DNA from: the human T2T-CHM13v2.0 reference genome, Homo sapiens
Direction: 5' to 3' (one strand)
DNA length: 64,000 nucleotides
Assembly: GCF_009914755.1 (NCBI RefSeq)
Contig: NC_060931.1
Shown here: piece after piece, positions 1 to 11,430 of the stretch
How positions within the stretch are numbered: the first letter of the stretch is position 1
How the letters are laid out: the number at the start of each line of letters is the position of its first letter
Made by a program: the position numbers and the translations under genes
The notes under the pieces: model-generated
Told to the model about the DNA's origin: nothing
The model's input: the letters and a program-made list of their open reading frames with translations, nothing else
The model's database searches: none

Positions 1-189
1 TTTTTGACAAATTCTACAGGTGATTCTAATCCAGAAACACTGGTTTATGATATAGTACTTCCCCCAGACAAGGCTTTTTGAGATGGACCAGGTTAGGAAC
101 AGCCAAGACCAGGAAATGTGTTCAGGAATTCTGGTGTTTTTCCCATAATGAACAATCTCATTCTGAGTCTCTGCCACTGGAATGTCCCT

Positions 190-1695
190 GTAATTCCTCA
201 CACTCATCACTAATATGTTTTTGGTATGTTTGATGGTGTCCCAAAGTGCTCTTAGGCTCTGCCCATTTTCTTCGTTCTTTTCTCTTTCTGCTTTTCAGGT
301 TGGATAGTATCAATTGTCCTATCTTCAAGTTCACAGAGTATTTCCTCTGTCAGCTCAGATCGGCCATTGGACCTCTCTAGTAAATTTTAAAACTTCAGAT
401 TGCACTTTTCATCTCCAGAATTCCAATTTTATTCAACTTTATAATGATTATCCCTTTATTGATATTCTCCATTTGCCAAGACATTGTTCTGATTTCCTTT
501 AGTTCCTTGTCTGTGGTCTTTCTAGCTTTTTGAGCATATTTAAGACAGTTGATTTAAAGTCATTGTCTAGTAAGGCTGATGCCTGGGCTTCTGCAGGAAT
601 CATTTCAATTCATTTATTTTTTTCTTCATGACTGGGACATACTTTCTTGCTTCTTGGCATACCTCATACATTTTGGTGAAAACTGGATACTCTGAATATT
701 ATAACATGGCAAGTTTACAAACCAGGCTCTTTCCCTTCCCTGAGGTTTGTTGTTGCTGCTTGTTGTGGGTAGTTGCTTGCTTGTTTGTTTCATGATTTTC
801 TGAACTTTTCCCCTAAAGCCTATATTCTTTATTGTGGTTGCTGAAGTCTGCATTTCATTATCTTAGTTGTCAGCTAGGTTTTTTGAGTTTCCTTACGTGC
901 TTAGAATGCACATTCTCCTGGTCATTGCAGATTGGCTCTCTGTGGGGGCACTCCTTCAATGCCTAGCTAGGCCATTTTCAACTCTGCATCAGCCTGCACT
1001 TCCTGTTAGCATGAAGGTATGCTGGAGGTGAAAGCCAGATAACCTTAGGGCCTTCTGAGGCCTTTTGTAAGCATGCATCTAGCCCAGAGAATGCACATAG
1101 CATTCCTTATTGCCCAGCATACAGAGCAGCTCCTCTTAAAAGCTCCTATCTCCCCATATGTCTCATTTCCCAGCCTCTTGCTTCTCAGGCTTTGTGATCT
1201 GTCTGTTACTTGTCCTGATTGTTATCCCTTGCCCTAGGCTTCCACAGCCTATATTTTTGCCTTTAAATGCTTTTGGAAAATGCTGTCCAGAAGGCTGCCA
1301 CAGCCCTGGGAACTCTCTGAGTCTAATGAAACAAAGGCCAGCTCTTGTGCTGGTGTTTCGGGGACCTCACCCCATCAGGGTGGAGAAGACATCACAATTG
1401 TTTGAGAATAAGGTTTGTTTTGCTTCCTGTGGCACCAGCAACATGCACCATGAGCATGGGCTGGAGTCTTCATGACTGCCACTGATCCAGGGAAGCAGGC
1501 TGGCGGGAGGGTGATTCCAATGTCACCACAGTCTTTTACCACAACACAGTGGCTTCTTATTAAGTATCTCTTTGGTTGTTATAAGTTTTTGACTAGATTC
1601 CAGAATTCTGCAGAATTCTGACAGTTTTTGTCAGTTCATTAGTTGCTTTTGTGGAGGAAGGAAGATTGGGGATTTTCTAGTCTGCCATTTTTCAG
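190..1695 (-). mobile_element. Old L1M-type LINE, ORF1/5' region fragment
   Basis: T-rich antisense ORF1-like sequence (ttgatggtgtccc...ctatcttcaagttcac) ending in a typical L1M 5'-end motif (tctgccattttt); boundaries approximate. Confidence 0.65.
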
Positions 1696-2853
1696 TGATG
1701 TTTAATATATTTTTAACTTCGATTATAGAAAATTAATATAAAACATGCTTTAATGACTATTGTCATCAATGGAATGATATACAATTTCCATTTTTGAAAA
1801 TGTTTCCAATTCTATATTCTTTACTCATGTATAGACCTTCATGCTAAAATACTCAATGTATGTCCTTCAAGTCATTAAATATGCATTTATATACATATAT
1901 GAGGATCCTTGAAAATGCATACTTCGCTTTTGTAGCATCAAAAAATTAACACAGATGTTTCTCCCTTTCCCACTGACTGGCTGCAGCATTTAATTCATTA
2001 AATATTTCTGACTTTGTGGTAGGGCCTTTGACCTTGCTCCATCATTATTCTTGGTCCTGGAAAACCACATTCATGATGGAACATGTTTTTGTCCACAGCA
2101 CAATATATATGTATTTTTTCTGGTTCAGAGAAGAGACTGCAGCCTCAGAGATGTTTATGTCTCAGGACTTTCTTGGGAAACTAGGGCTTTTAAACTTTCA
2201 TCTACATGGTGAGGAAAAGCAAGGGAGTGTGGGGTGGCCACAGACAAATGTGGAAATGCCATTTGGTGTCAGAACATGCAAGTTATCTTAAGGCATGTCA
2301 GGGAGATAGGAGTAGCCCTTGCAGCTCTGTGGAGCACAGAGTCTAGCTGGGAGAAGCTTGATGCTGAGGCAAAAGAGGAGCCGATGCCGCTGTGCCACTG
2401 AGAGGGGCCAAGAGCAGCCACAACAGAAACAAAGAGCAGGACACAGACTGAGGAACCCTGGGGAGGGTGGCAGAGTCTGCACGATGTTGCCAACAATTAG
2501 AGGTTTTCTCCAAGCTCAGAAACACGGTGAACAGAACTGTCAATTAGTGTCAGTACATGTCACAGCTTGAAATCTCCAAAACTTCACTCACCTTGTAAAA
2601 ACAGGTCAGCCACCAGCATTATTATAGGCACCATTACCATAGGTTGAGAAACTGGAGGCTGGAGGGAATCATTTCAGTTTGACATACTGCTTCTGATGTC
2701 CACTGAGCGTCAGGCGCTCCCCTGGAGTCTGGGAATATGATGATGAAAAGACTTGTTTTCTACCCTAAAAGCTGGCTGTAAAGTTAGGAGTCATCTTTAG
2801 CTTGAAGTTCTCCCTGTATCTCCTGTAATATTCGCATAGCACAGATGGCCTCC

Positions 2854-3357
2854 TGTAGCAGATGTAGGAGGAGAAGCCACAGACAAAACTCCTCAGACAC
2901 CGAGTTAAAGAAGGAAGAGGTGTATTCGGCTGGGAGCATCGGCAAGACTCCCGTCTCAAGAGCCGAGCTCCCCAAGTGAGCAATTCCTGTCCTTTTTAAG
3001 GGCTCACAACTCTAAGGGGGTCCGTGCGAAAGGGTTGTGATCAATTGAACAAGCAGGGGGTACGTGACGGGCTGCAGGCACCAGTGGTCAGAGTGAAACA
3101 GAACAGACCAGGAAGTTTCACAATGTCTTTCTATACAATGTCTGGAATCTATAGGTAACATCAGTTGCTAGGTCAGGGGTCAAATTTTAACTACCAGGCT
3201 TAGGTCAGGCAGGCCCAGGCTGGTTTCTGGTCTAGTTCCTTGGTTTCGGGTCTGGTTCCTAGGCACCGGGCTACCTGCCTTTAGTTTTGCTTCTCTTTCC
3301 TTTTCTGAGTATAAAACAATATAAAACAATATGAGAGGGTCTATCTCTCTTCTCTCA
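2854..3357 (-). mobile_element. Solo ERV1 LTR, LTR10 family (LTR10C-like)
   Basis: TG...CA termini, 4-bp TSD CTCC (2850-2853 / 3358-3361); resembles recalled LTR10 ends (minus strand TGAGAGAAGAGAG...CTGCTACA). Confidence 0.75.
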
Positions 3358-4664
3358 CTCCGAGTAAAGTCCTAACGTGGGTAATTTGTGTCTTCTTTCT
3401 TCTTTCCTTGGTTGGACCATGTAACAACATGCAGACTTAATTTTCTTTGCTAAACATGTATACATTTTTTCTACATATGCTTTATATGAGTTTTCAGTCT
3501 CTGAAATAGCTAGCAAAAATTAGGCCATAAAATCAATGAATACGATTTTAAATATATGATTTTCCTTTTGTAAACTGTAATGAGACACAATTAGATAAAA
3601 ATGTCATTTTGAATTTTAGTCCCTATTGGTACCACTAATTATTATTATTTTGTTAATTTGTATTCAAGTGTAGAAAATAAAGGCATACAGCGACTTGGAT
3701 CCAGGAAAAAAGATAATGCGATTGGAAGAAAATACACAGGCAATTTAAATCCAGCTGTTCTGAGCTTGAAATCCTTGAGTGTGGGAACAAATGATTTGTA
3801 GTCATTGAATTCTCAGATTTCAATTCATTACGGCAGAATTTGAGTGTGAGCTTGAGATGATCAAGGGAAAGTCTATAAGGGGAATTAGGATTACGTCAAA
3901 ACGTTTGTAATGTTGGACAAAAGCAAGTTCCCAAGGCACAATTTTGGCTTCCTAAGTAAGTCTTTCTCTGAAGGACCTTAATTTAGGTATTTTTTTTTTT
4001 TGAAAAGAGTCAATGCTTTTAAAGTTAAGAAAGAAAAATTGTAGTTGTAGTTGGGCAGGATCAATAAGAATGTTAAAAATGGAAAAGTAAGCCAAAGTTA
4101 ATATCACAATGTGATCAAAGCATAAAAATGTTTAAAGCCTTTTATGTGCTACTTCTGGGTCATCTGAATGCCAGGGCCAAGTCCAACCAATTAGCCAATA
4201 CCATTGTGTAAACTATTTTTCCCGTTTCCTTTCTATATTTGCAGAGACTTAAAGTATGCTGTTTAACCCGAAACAATGATTCTTAATGGGTGAGGTCACA
4301 AGAGCCAGCCTCTTTGGTCGGATCCATTAACTAGAATGGGGTGGGTTTTCCATGATATGCAGGTGTTCGTAACTTGTGCATCTTGAGCACGGGGCCCAGA
4401 CTGTTGATGACAAAGTATGTAGAGTGTTTTCAGAGATCGGATTTGATAACACTGCTTTGAGTCTGGACAGAAGATAAGGTGCCTTCCTTAAGTGGCTTTT
4501 TCAAATGATACAGAAGGAAGTGCATGGAAATGGGATGTGCAAGTTCCAGCTTTTCTACTCGGACCAAAGACTAGCCTGTTACCTTCTATGAACCTTAACT
4601 TTCTCACATGCGAAATGGGAGAACTCACTGTCACATGGCTGACCAGGGGCAGGTGCTCCAGTGT

Positions 4665-5550
4665 TCATGCATCAACTCAGTGAGGTGTTGAAGGTGTACT
4701 CTGTGCCCTGCGCTCTTCCAGGGAGATAGTGGCAAGCAGGACTGTGGCCCTTTTTTCACCTCACTGAGTTTATGCTCTCACTGAGTGTGAGAAAGCGGAA
4801 AACAAACAAACAAAAAAAAACCCAAATAAATACTTAAGATATTTTCAGAGGTGACTCAAGACAAGTCAGACATGTGCCAAACTGGTGGGAAGAGCATTTT
4901 AAGTACAGGAAACAGAAACACCAAAGGCCCTGAGGCAGGAATATACTGAGAGTACATTTGGATTAGGTCAGTGGCTCTCATACTTTGCTGCCTTATTATC
5001 CCCTGGGGCCTTGCTAAAACTCTGAATCTCCACCCCAAGGTTTAGACTCAGCAGATCAGGGTTAGGGCCCGAGAATCTGCATTCTTCATTGGACTCCCTG
5101 GTGCTGCTGGCATTGGCTCCACATGTTGAGAAGCTTGGATTAGAGGAAAACACAGAAGTCTAGTTCGGCTGACTGGGAAGCAGCAGGTGGAGAGTTGGGT
5201 AGGGAGATCTGTGAGGGAGGGGCTTGTGCAGGAAGGAGTTTAGGTTTTACTGATTGAAGTGGGAAGCCATTAGAAAGATCGCCCTGGTGCTTTGTGGAGA
5301 ACAGTTCACAGCAAGAAAGCAGGGAGACAGGTTAGGGGCTCTCGCAGCGATTTAGGCCAGCAGTTAGGGCAGGTTGGGCTAGTAGGAACAGCGGAGGTGG
5401 TTGTTTTCAGTTATCTCTTGGAAGTAGAGGTGTCAGGCCTTGCTGATGACAGGATCTGGGATGTGAAGGAGAGAAATGAGCCAAGGACAGCAACCAGATA
5501 TGAAGCCTGGGCACCCTGCAGCTGGTCAAATGTGTGTAAGGACCATTGAC
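4665..5550 (-). mobile_element. L2 fragment interrupted by a MER5A-like hAT MITE (~4975-5135)
   Basis: L2 3' motifs (gaagagcatt...caaaggccctgaggcagga); MER5A motif gggcccgagaatctgcatt. Confidence 0.55.
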
Positions 5551-5884
5551 AGTCATGTGGTGGGGCTGGGCCGGGGCTGTCTCCCTTCTCTCCCAAACAC
5601 GGCTTGTAATAATATCAAGACATTTAAGGTGCGGTGAGGTAAGTCAACCAGGGGCTGGGCACTTTTCCTCTTTAAGACCCCAGCCTGCAGGTGGCCGGAC
5701 CTTCTGCGAAGCTCCAGTTGACGAGTTAGTTTTTCTCATGTGGTTCAATGACAGGGACTGACAGAGACATTGTTTTGACAAAGTCTGCTCTTTTTGCTGT
5801 AATATTCCTTCTCCACATCAGAGTTCTGAGGATGGATAGCTCTAATACCCACCCTTGGAGATTACTGGAGATAAATTTATGTGG

Positions 5885-6110
5885 GACAGTGTAACAGAGG
5901 AAAAAGCATGGTGTTTGGAATGCCAAACCTAGGATTGTATCTTTATTCCCTCCTCCAGACTGCAGGCATATTACTTAACTTCTCACTGTCTTCATTTTCT
6001 TGTTTGAAAAATAGAGATAATAATGTCAAGTGATTCGCAGCTTTTTGAAGATGAAAGAAGATAAATCACGTGTAGGATTTTTTCATCTAAAGGTCTATGT
6101 GAAAATAAGT
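5885..6110 (+). mobile_element. MIR SINE
   Basis: MIR core ttacttaacttctc...cttcattttcttgtttgaaaaatagagataataat. Confidence 0.55.
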
Positions 6111-6178
6111 TGTTTTATTATTATCAATGTTTTCATTAGGATGTTGCAAAAGTACTTGATGAATTGCAAATGACTCTG

Positions 6179-6254
6179 TAAATGGATGATGTTGCTATGA
6201 GTTTACAAAATGTTCATAAATGGATGATGTTGCTATGAGTTTATAAAATTTTCA
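6179..6254. repeat. 38-bp tandem duplication (2 copies, 2 mismatches)
   Basis: taaatggatgatgttgctatgagtttacaaaatgttca followed directly by taaatggatgatgttgctatgagtttataaaattttca. Confidence 0.95.
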
Positions 6255-7352
6255 GCCCAATTCGTGAACTCTTGACTTGGGACTGTTCCTGTGTCTCATA
6301 GTTCACACATGCCCCGTCAGACAAATTGTCTGGTAGATTTGAATTTCTGCCATGGGTAATGAGTAGGTTTTGGAGAGTGGAACAAGGCTATCTTGGGTTT
6401 CACATTCCTCTGATTTCTCCAGAATATTTCCTGAGGACTGTGAAAGAAGGCAGTTCTAAACGCAAAGAAACTCTGGTATTGAAATGGTTTTGACATTCCA
6501 GGGAAAATCCACCAAATTAAGACAAGAACTGTGGTAGAGGGTGTACACATTTTTATTGGTTGAACTGCTATAATTCTGGATACAGTTCATTCAAATCTGC
6601 AAATAATTTTAGGATTTCATTTGTAAAAAAATGTAGTAGCATGGGAAACCTCATTGGACTCAAGAAACAAAGGCATCACAAAAATGATGAATTCTCTGTT
6701 TATTATGGAGGGATCAAGTCTGGTAATAAATTCAGGTGGACGTGCAAGATAGTCAGTATCTCACATGATGCTCAATGATGCCAGCCTTCACACAGATGCC
6801 TTCTTTCTGAAACTGTTGTTTCTCTTTGGTTGGCCCTTTGTAGGGAACTGCCTATCATCATGATAACCACCTCTAACTGAAACTCACCATATGCCGGTGG
6901 TGACCACCATGCTGAGCTCTTTCCATACTGTTTGGTTTTTCCCTGTACTATTGGTAATCCTGTCACTAACCCTGTGAATTAGGGACCAGTACAAACCTCA
7001 TTTTAGAGCTGAGCAAGCAGAGTCTCCAATAAGTTGAAGAATTTGCTAATGAGAGGGTTTGCCTTGGTTTGCCTGACTCAGACCTCTCTGATCCAGGAAG
7101 TGGGATCCAGGTGAAAGGCTTATTTTCTTCTTAGTGTGGCACATATGAAATATTAGTCTTTATGTTTCTCTCTTTGGAGCTGGAAACCTGTGAATTACCA
7201 CATCTTGTAGCTTCATACTCTTGGCCAGGCCCTAGTAGTGCCTGTGGCAGGAGGGGCAGCAGGGAGGGGTTCCTTGCTTAGGGTTCTCCTTGCAGACTAT
7301 GACTTGGCCCCTTGGGTCCTGATCTCTTCCTCTCTGGCAGTGTTGGCTGTGA

Positions 7353-7770
<418 letters not shown>

Positions 7771-7822
7771 TGAGATTCTCTTCTCATTTCAGTTTCCCTT
7801 ACTTTCCAGTCCAGTACCCTAA

Positions 7823-8162
<340 letters not shown>

Positions 8163-8839
8163 AAGGGAACCCTTTTAAACTGTGAATGACGCTGAATGCT
8201 CCTAAGTTCTTTTTATAAGTTTCTGTTCTTGGCAAACTTTCTTTATCTTATGTTTTATTTATTTCCTTGAATATGTTAAATCGACAAAAATCCCCAAAAT
8301 AAACAAAAACTGTTTATCTTCTCTATTTTAGTTCCGTGAAAAAGTTGGTTCAAATCATTCAGCCTGGCATTACTGGAAATCTCTAACAAGATTTACAGCG
8401 GTGCCACCCCAATGAATTCCACCCCACTGAATTCATTGTTCATTGAGAGAGATTAGAAAATGAAGATACCATGCCCCTTGGCTTCCCTGCTAAAGGAGAC
8501 ACTGGGAAAGGAGAGGTAAGTCTAGCCTATCATTAGTCTCTTAATTTTCTCATATTGATTTAGTTTGAAGAGTTTACTTAATTTCTTTAAAAATTATGCC
8601 CTTTTTGTTAAATTAGTTTAATTTTTAAATTGAAAACTGTATATTAAACATGGAGGAAAAAAAGAACATGTGCACAAAATGGGAAAGCCTCCAAATAACA
8701 GCAACCTGCCTGCCTCTGTTAAGCGGTGTTTATAGCCATATCTGTGCCTGTCATCCACACCAGGCTGGGTGATGTTGCTCTTGACACACCCATCCTCTGG
8801 GATTGACTCCACTCCTGGGACAGGCTGCAATGAATTGGA

Positions 8840-8998
8840 GGCAGCAGCAGCAGCACCAACAGGGAACTTGTTAGAAATGCAGGTTCTCCACCTCCCCCTT
8901 CACTAGGAATCTGACACTTTGGGGGTGCGACCCAGCAATCTGCACTCTGTCAAACTTGTGAGGTGATGCCCATGCATGCACAACTTGGAGCACATCGT
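8840..8998. mobile_element. MER5A-like hAT MITE
   Basis: gcagcagcacc...gggaacttgttagaaatgcag...cccagcaatctg motif. Confidence 0.6.
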
Positions 8999-9029
8999 CT
9001 GACCTCAGGTAATCACGGTGATCCCAGCT

Positions 9030-9424
9030 GCATTCATTTCTTGGGGCTGCCAGAACAAACTACCGCAGACGGAACGGCTTCAGAAGAAATATGTATTCTT
9101 TCCCAGTTGTGGAGGCCGGAAGTCTGAGATCAAGATGTTGGCAGAACTGGTTTCTTGTGAGACTGAGGGAAGGATCTGTTCCAGGCTTCTCTTCTTGGCT
9201 TGTAGATGGCCATCTTATCCCGGTGTCTCTTCTCATTGTCTTCCTTTAAGTGTGCCTGGGTCCAGGTTTTTCCATTTCATAAGGACACGGTCACAATAGA
9301 TTAGTGCCTACATTCATGATTTTTTTCTTAACTAATTACATCCACAACAATCTATTTCTAAATAAGGTCACACTGGGGGTTAGGACTTCACTGCAACTTT
9401 GAGGGGACACATTTCAACCCATAA
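9030..9424 (-). mobile_element. MaLR LTR (MLT1B/C-like)
   Basis: gctgccagaacaaactacc...aagtctgagatcaagatgttggcag...acatttcaacccataa. Confidence 0.8.
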
Positions 9425-9921
9425 TGCCATCCCATGCCAGTGGGAAGCTTAAGGACCAGGCAAATGCTTAGCAGAGCGTGGCTTTCCCTGAGTCTACGGT
9501 TCTTGGCTGGGCAAGTGACTTAGCTACTTAGCTTGCACCTGGCAGGTGTTGACTAAAGGCATGCTCACTTTTCCCTCTGCACGTGAAGGAATAAAAACAA
9601 TACTGGGAATTCTACAACTTGTTTGGTATGTAGTGGTGAGTCTGACATTGTGTGGAGCAAGGCTGGAAGTCACCAAAACCTGACTCTTTAAAAATCTCTA
9701 AGTTCCTGGACCAGTAGTTTTCAAACCGCTCATGCCCTCTGGACTTGCGATTAATGCCCTAAGAGTCTCTATTTTATACAACAGCTTGAGCTGGGGTCTT
9801 AGGAATCTGCCACTGAAATTTGCTGCACACACTTATATAGATATAGGTATTTTTGAACTTGTATCATGCCAACATATTCTTTTTTAGCTTGATTTTATTT
9901 TTTATTTAGCAATATATTATA

Positions 9922-10413
9922 TGCTGAGACCAGCTCGGTCGGGGAGACCCTAACCCAGTGGCGCTAGAGGAATTAAAGACGCATACACAGAAATATAGAA
10001 GTGTGAAGTGGGAAATCATGGGTCTCACAGCCTTCAGAGCTGAGAGCCCCAAACAGAGATTTACCCACATATTGATTAACAGCAAACCAGTCATTAGCAT
10101 TGTTTCTATAGATATTAAATTAACTAAAAGTATCCCTTACGGGAAACGAAGGGATGGGCCAAATTAATTGCAGCAGGAAAACACCCATAAGACACAGATC
10201 ACTCATGCTAATTGTTTGTGGCTTAAGAATGCCTTTAAGTGGTTTTCCGCCCTGGGTGGGCCAGGTGTTCCTTGCCCTCATTCCTGTAAATCCACAACCT
10301 TCCAGCTTGGGCGTTACGGCCATTATGGACATGTTACATTGCTGCAGAGATTTTATTTATGGCCAGTTTTGGGGCCAGTTTATGGCCAGACTTTCGGGAG
10401 CTTGCTCCCAACA
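9922..10413 (-). repeat. 3' LTR (MER9)
   Basis: Direct repeat of 16376-16866; adjacent to the PPT. Confidence 0.95.
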
Positions 10414-10427
10414 TGTCTCCCTTCTTT
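10414..10427 (-). other. Polypurine tract
   Basis: AAAGAAGGGAGACA immediately before the 3' LTR on the minus strand. Confidence 0.85.
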
Positions 10428-10429
10428 GA

Positions 10430-11430
10430 TTTGCAAAGAGATAAAAGCAAGGGCAGCTTTGTCACAGTGAGCTACTTCTCGCAGGAATCAGGATCCTCAT
10501 CTGCAGACTATACAGACAAACAACATGGATTAAAAACACAGTCATCATTGAAATCACAGAGCTTCCAAGTGTTTTTATCCATTTAAATGGGTTACTAGAT
10601 GCTAATTTGTCTGCAGCTCCTTTAAACACTCCAGGTCTTGGCATTAAGGTCAGGTGTGCCTGGGATGCTTTAAATATTTGTTTTTTAAATTTTGCTATAT
10701 TCTAAAACAAGTTTGTAGAGTGTCCTTCTAGATGCTTTTTTATTCTTTCCCAAATTTTGATCTTATTAAGAGCATTTAATAGTTTCCACAAATCCTTATG
10801 TTCAGCTCCTAGAGCGGGCCATATCATTTGAGGTTGAGGTGCCACTATAGCACCATGGTTCCAGATAATAGGAACTTTTGCCATACTTCTTATCATTTCT
10901 ACCATCTGACTGTTTTGTTCAGATCATCTGAACATAGTGTGGCCTTGGCACGCAGACTCAGAGGTGCAATTCAAGCTAAACACCCCCTTAGGGGACCAAT
11001 TAATAATGATTCCATAGGAATCGTTGTGCAGCACCTCTGCCTGTTCTGCAAAGCAATCTTCCTAAACAAGTATGTTCATTTTTTCTAACTGGGTCCAATC
11101 CTGTTTACAAATAGGTTTTTGAGGGCGGTATCCCTCAATTATAGGAGCAGATTTATTACGGTAAATACTGAGATCAGAAAGCATGTGTAACTGTGTCATA
11201 GAATGATTGCATCCAGGTATTATTACCATCCCTTATTGAAGGAATACTCACGGCAGTGGTGATAACCGCTATCATAGCTACCATTAAATTATTCATTGTG
11301 ACTGGTTGTCCCGCTTTCCTTAGGTTTTCTTCTGCCATCTGTGACAGCTTCTTGATCTGTCCCCAGGTGGGTGGCTGTGTTCGACGGGTGTTGCTCGTGA
11401 CAGTTGGGGTCCTCCTCAGTGTCAGCCTCA
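10430..11430 (-). pseudogene. env: env remnant, internally deleted (signal peptide, part of SU, C-terminal TM)
   Basis: PPTWGQIKKL...LMVAMIAVITTAVSIP leader; WERIKKHLEGH and NPFKWIKTLGSS...VVCL TM segments; only ~1 kb long. Confidence 0.85.

Noticed and set aside
2269-2570. Cluster of overlapping short ORFs
   Set aside because: GC-richer stretch with no recognisable protein motif or supported exon structure.
9906-10100. Apparent duplicated gene MLMTGLLLIN... (also 16303-16554)
   Set aside because: Simply the two LTR copies; non-coding.
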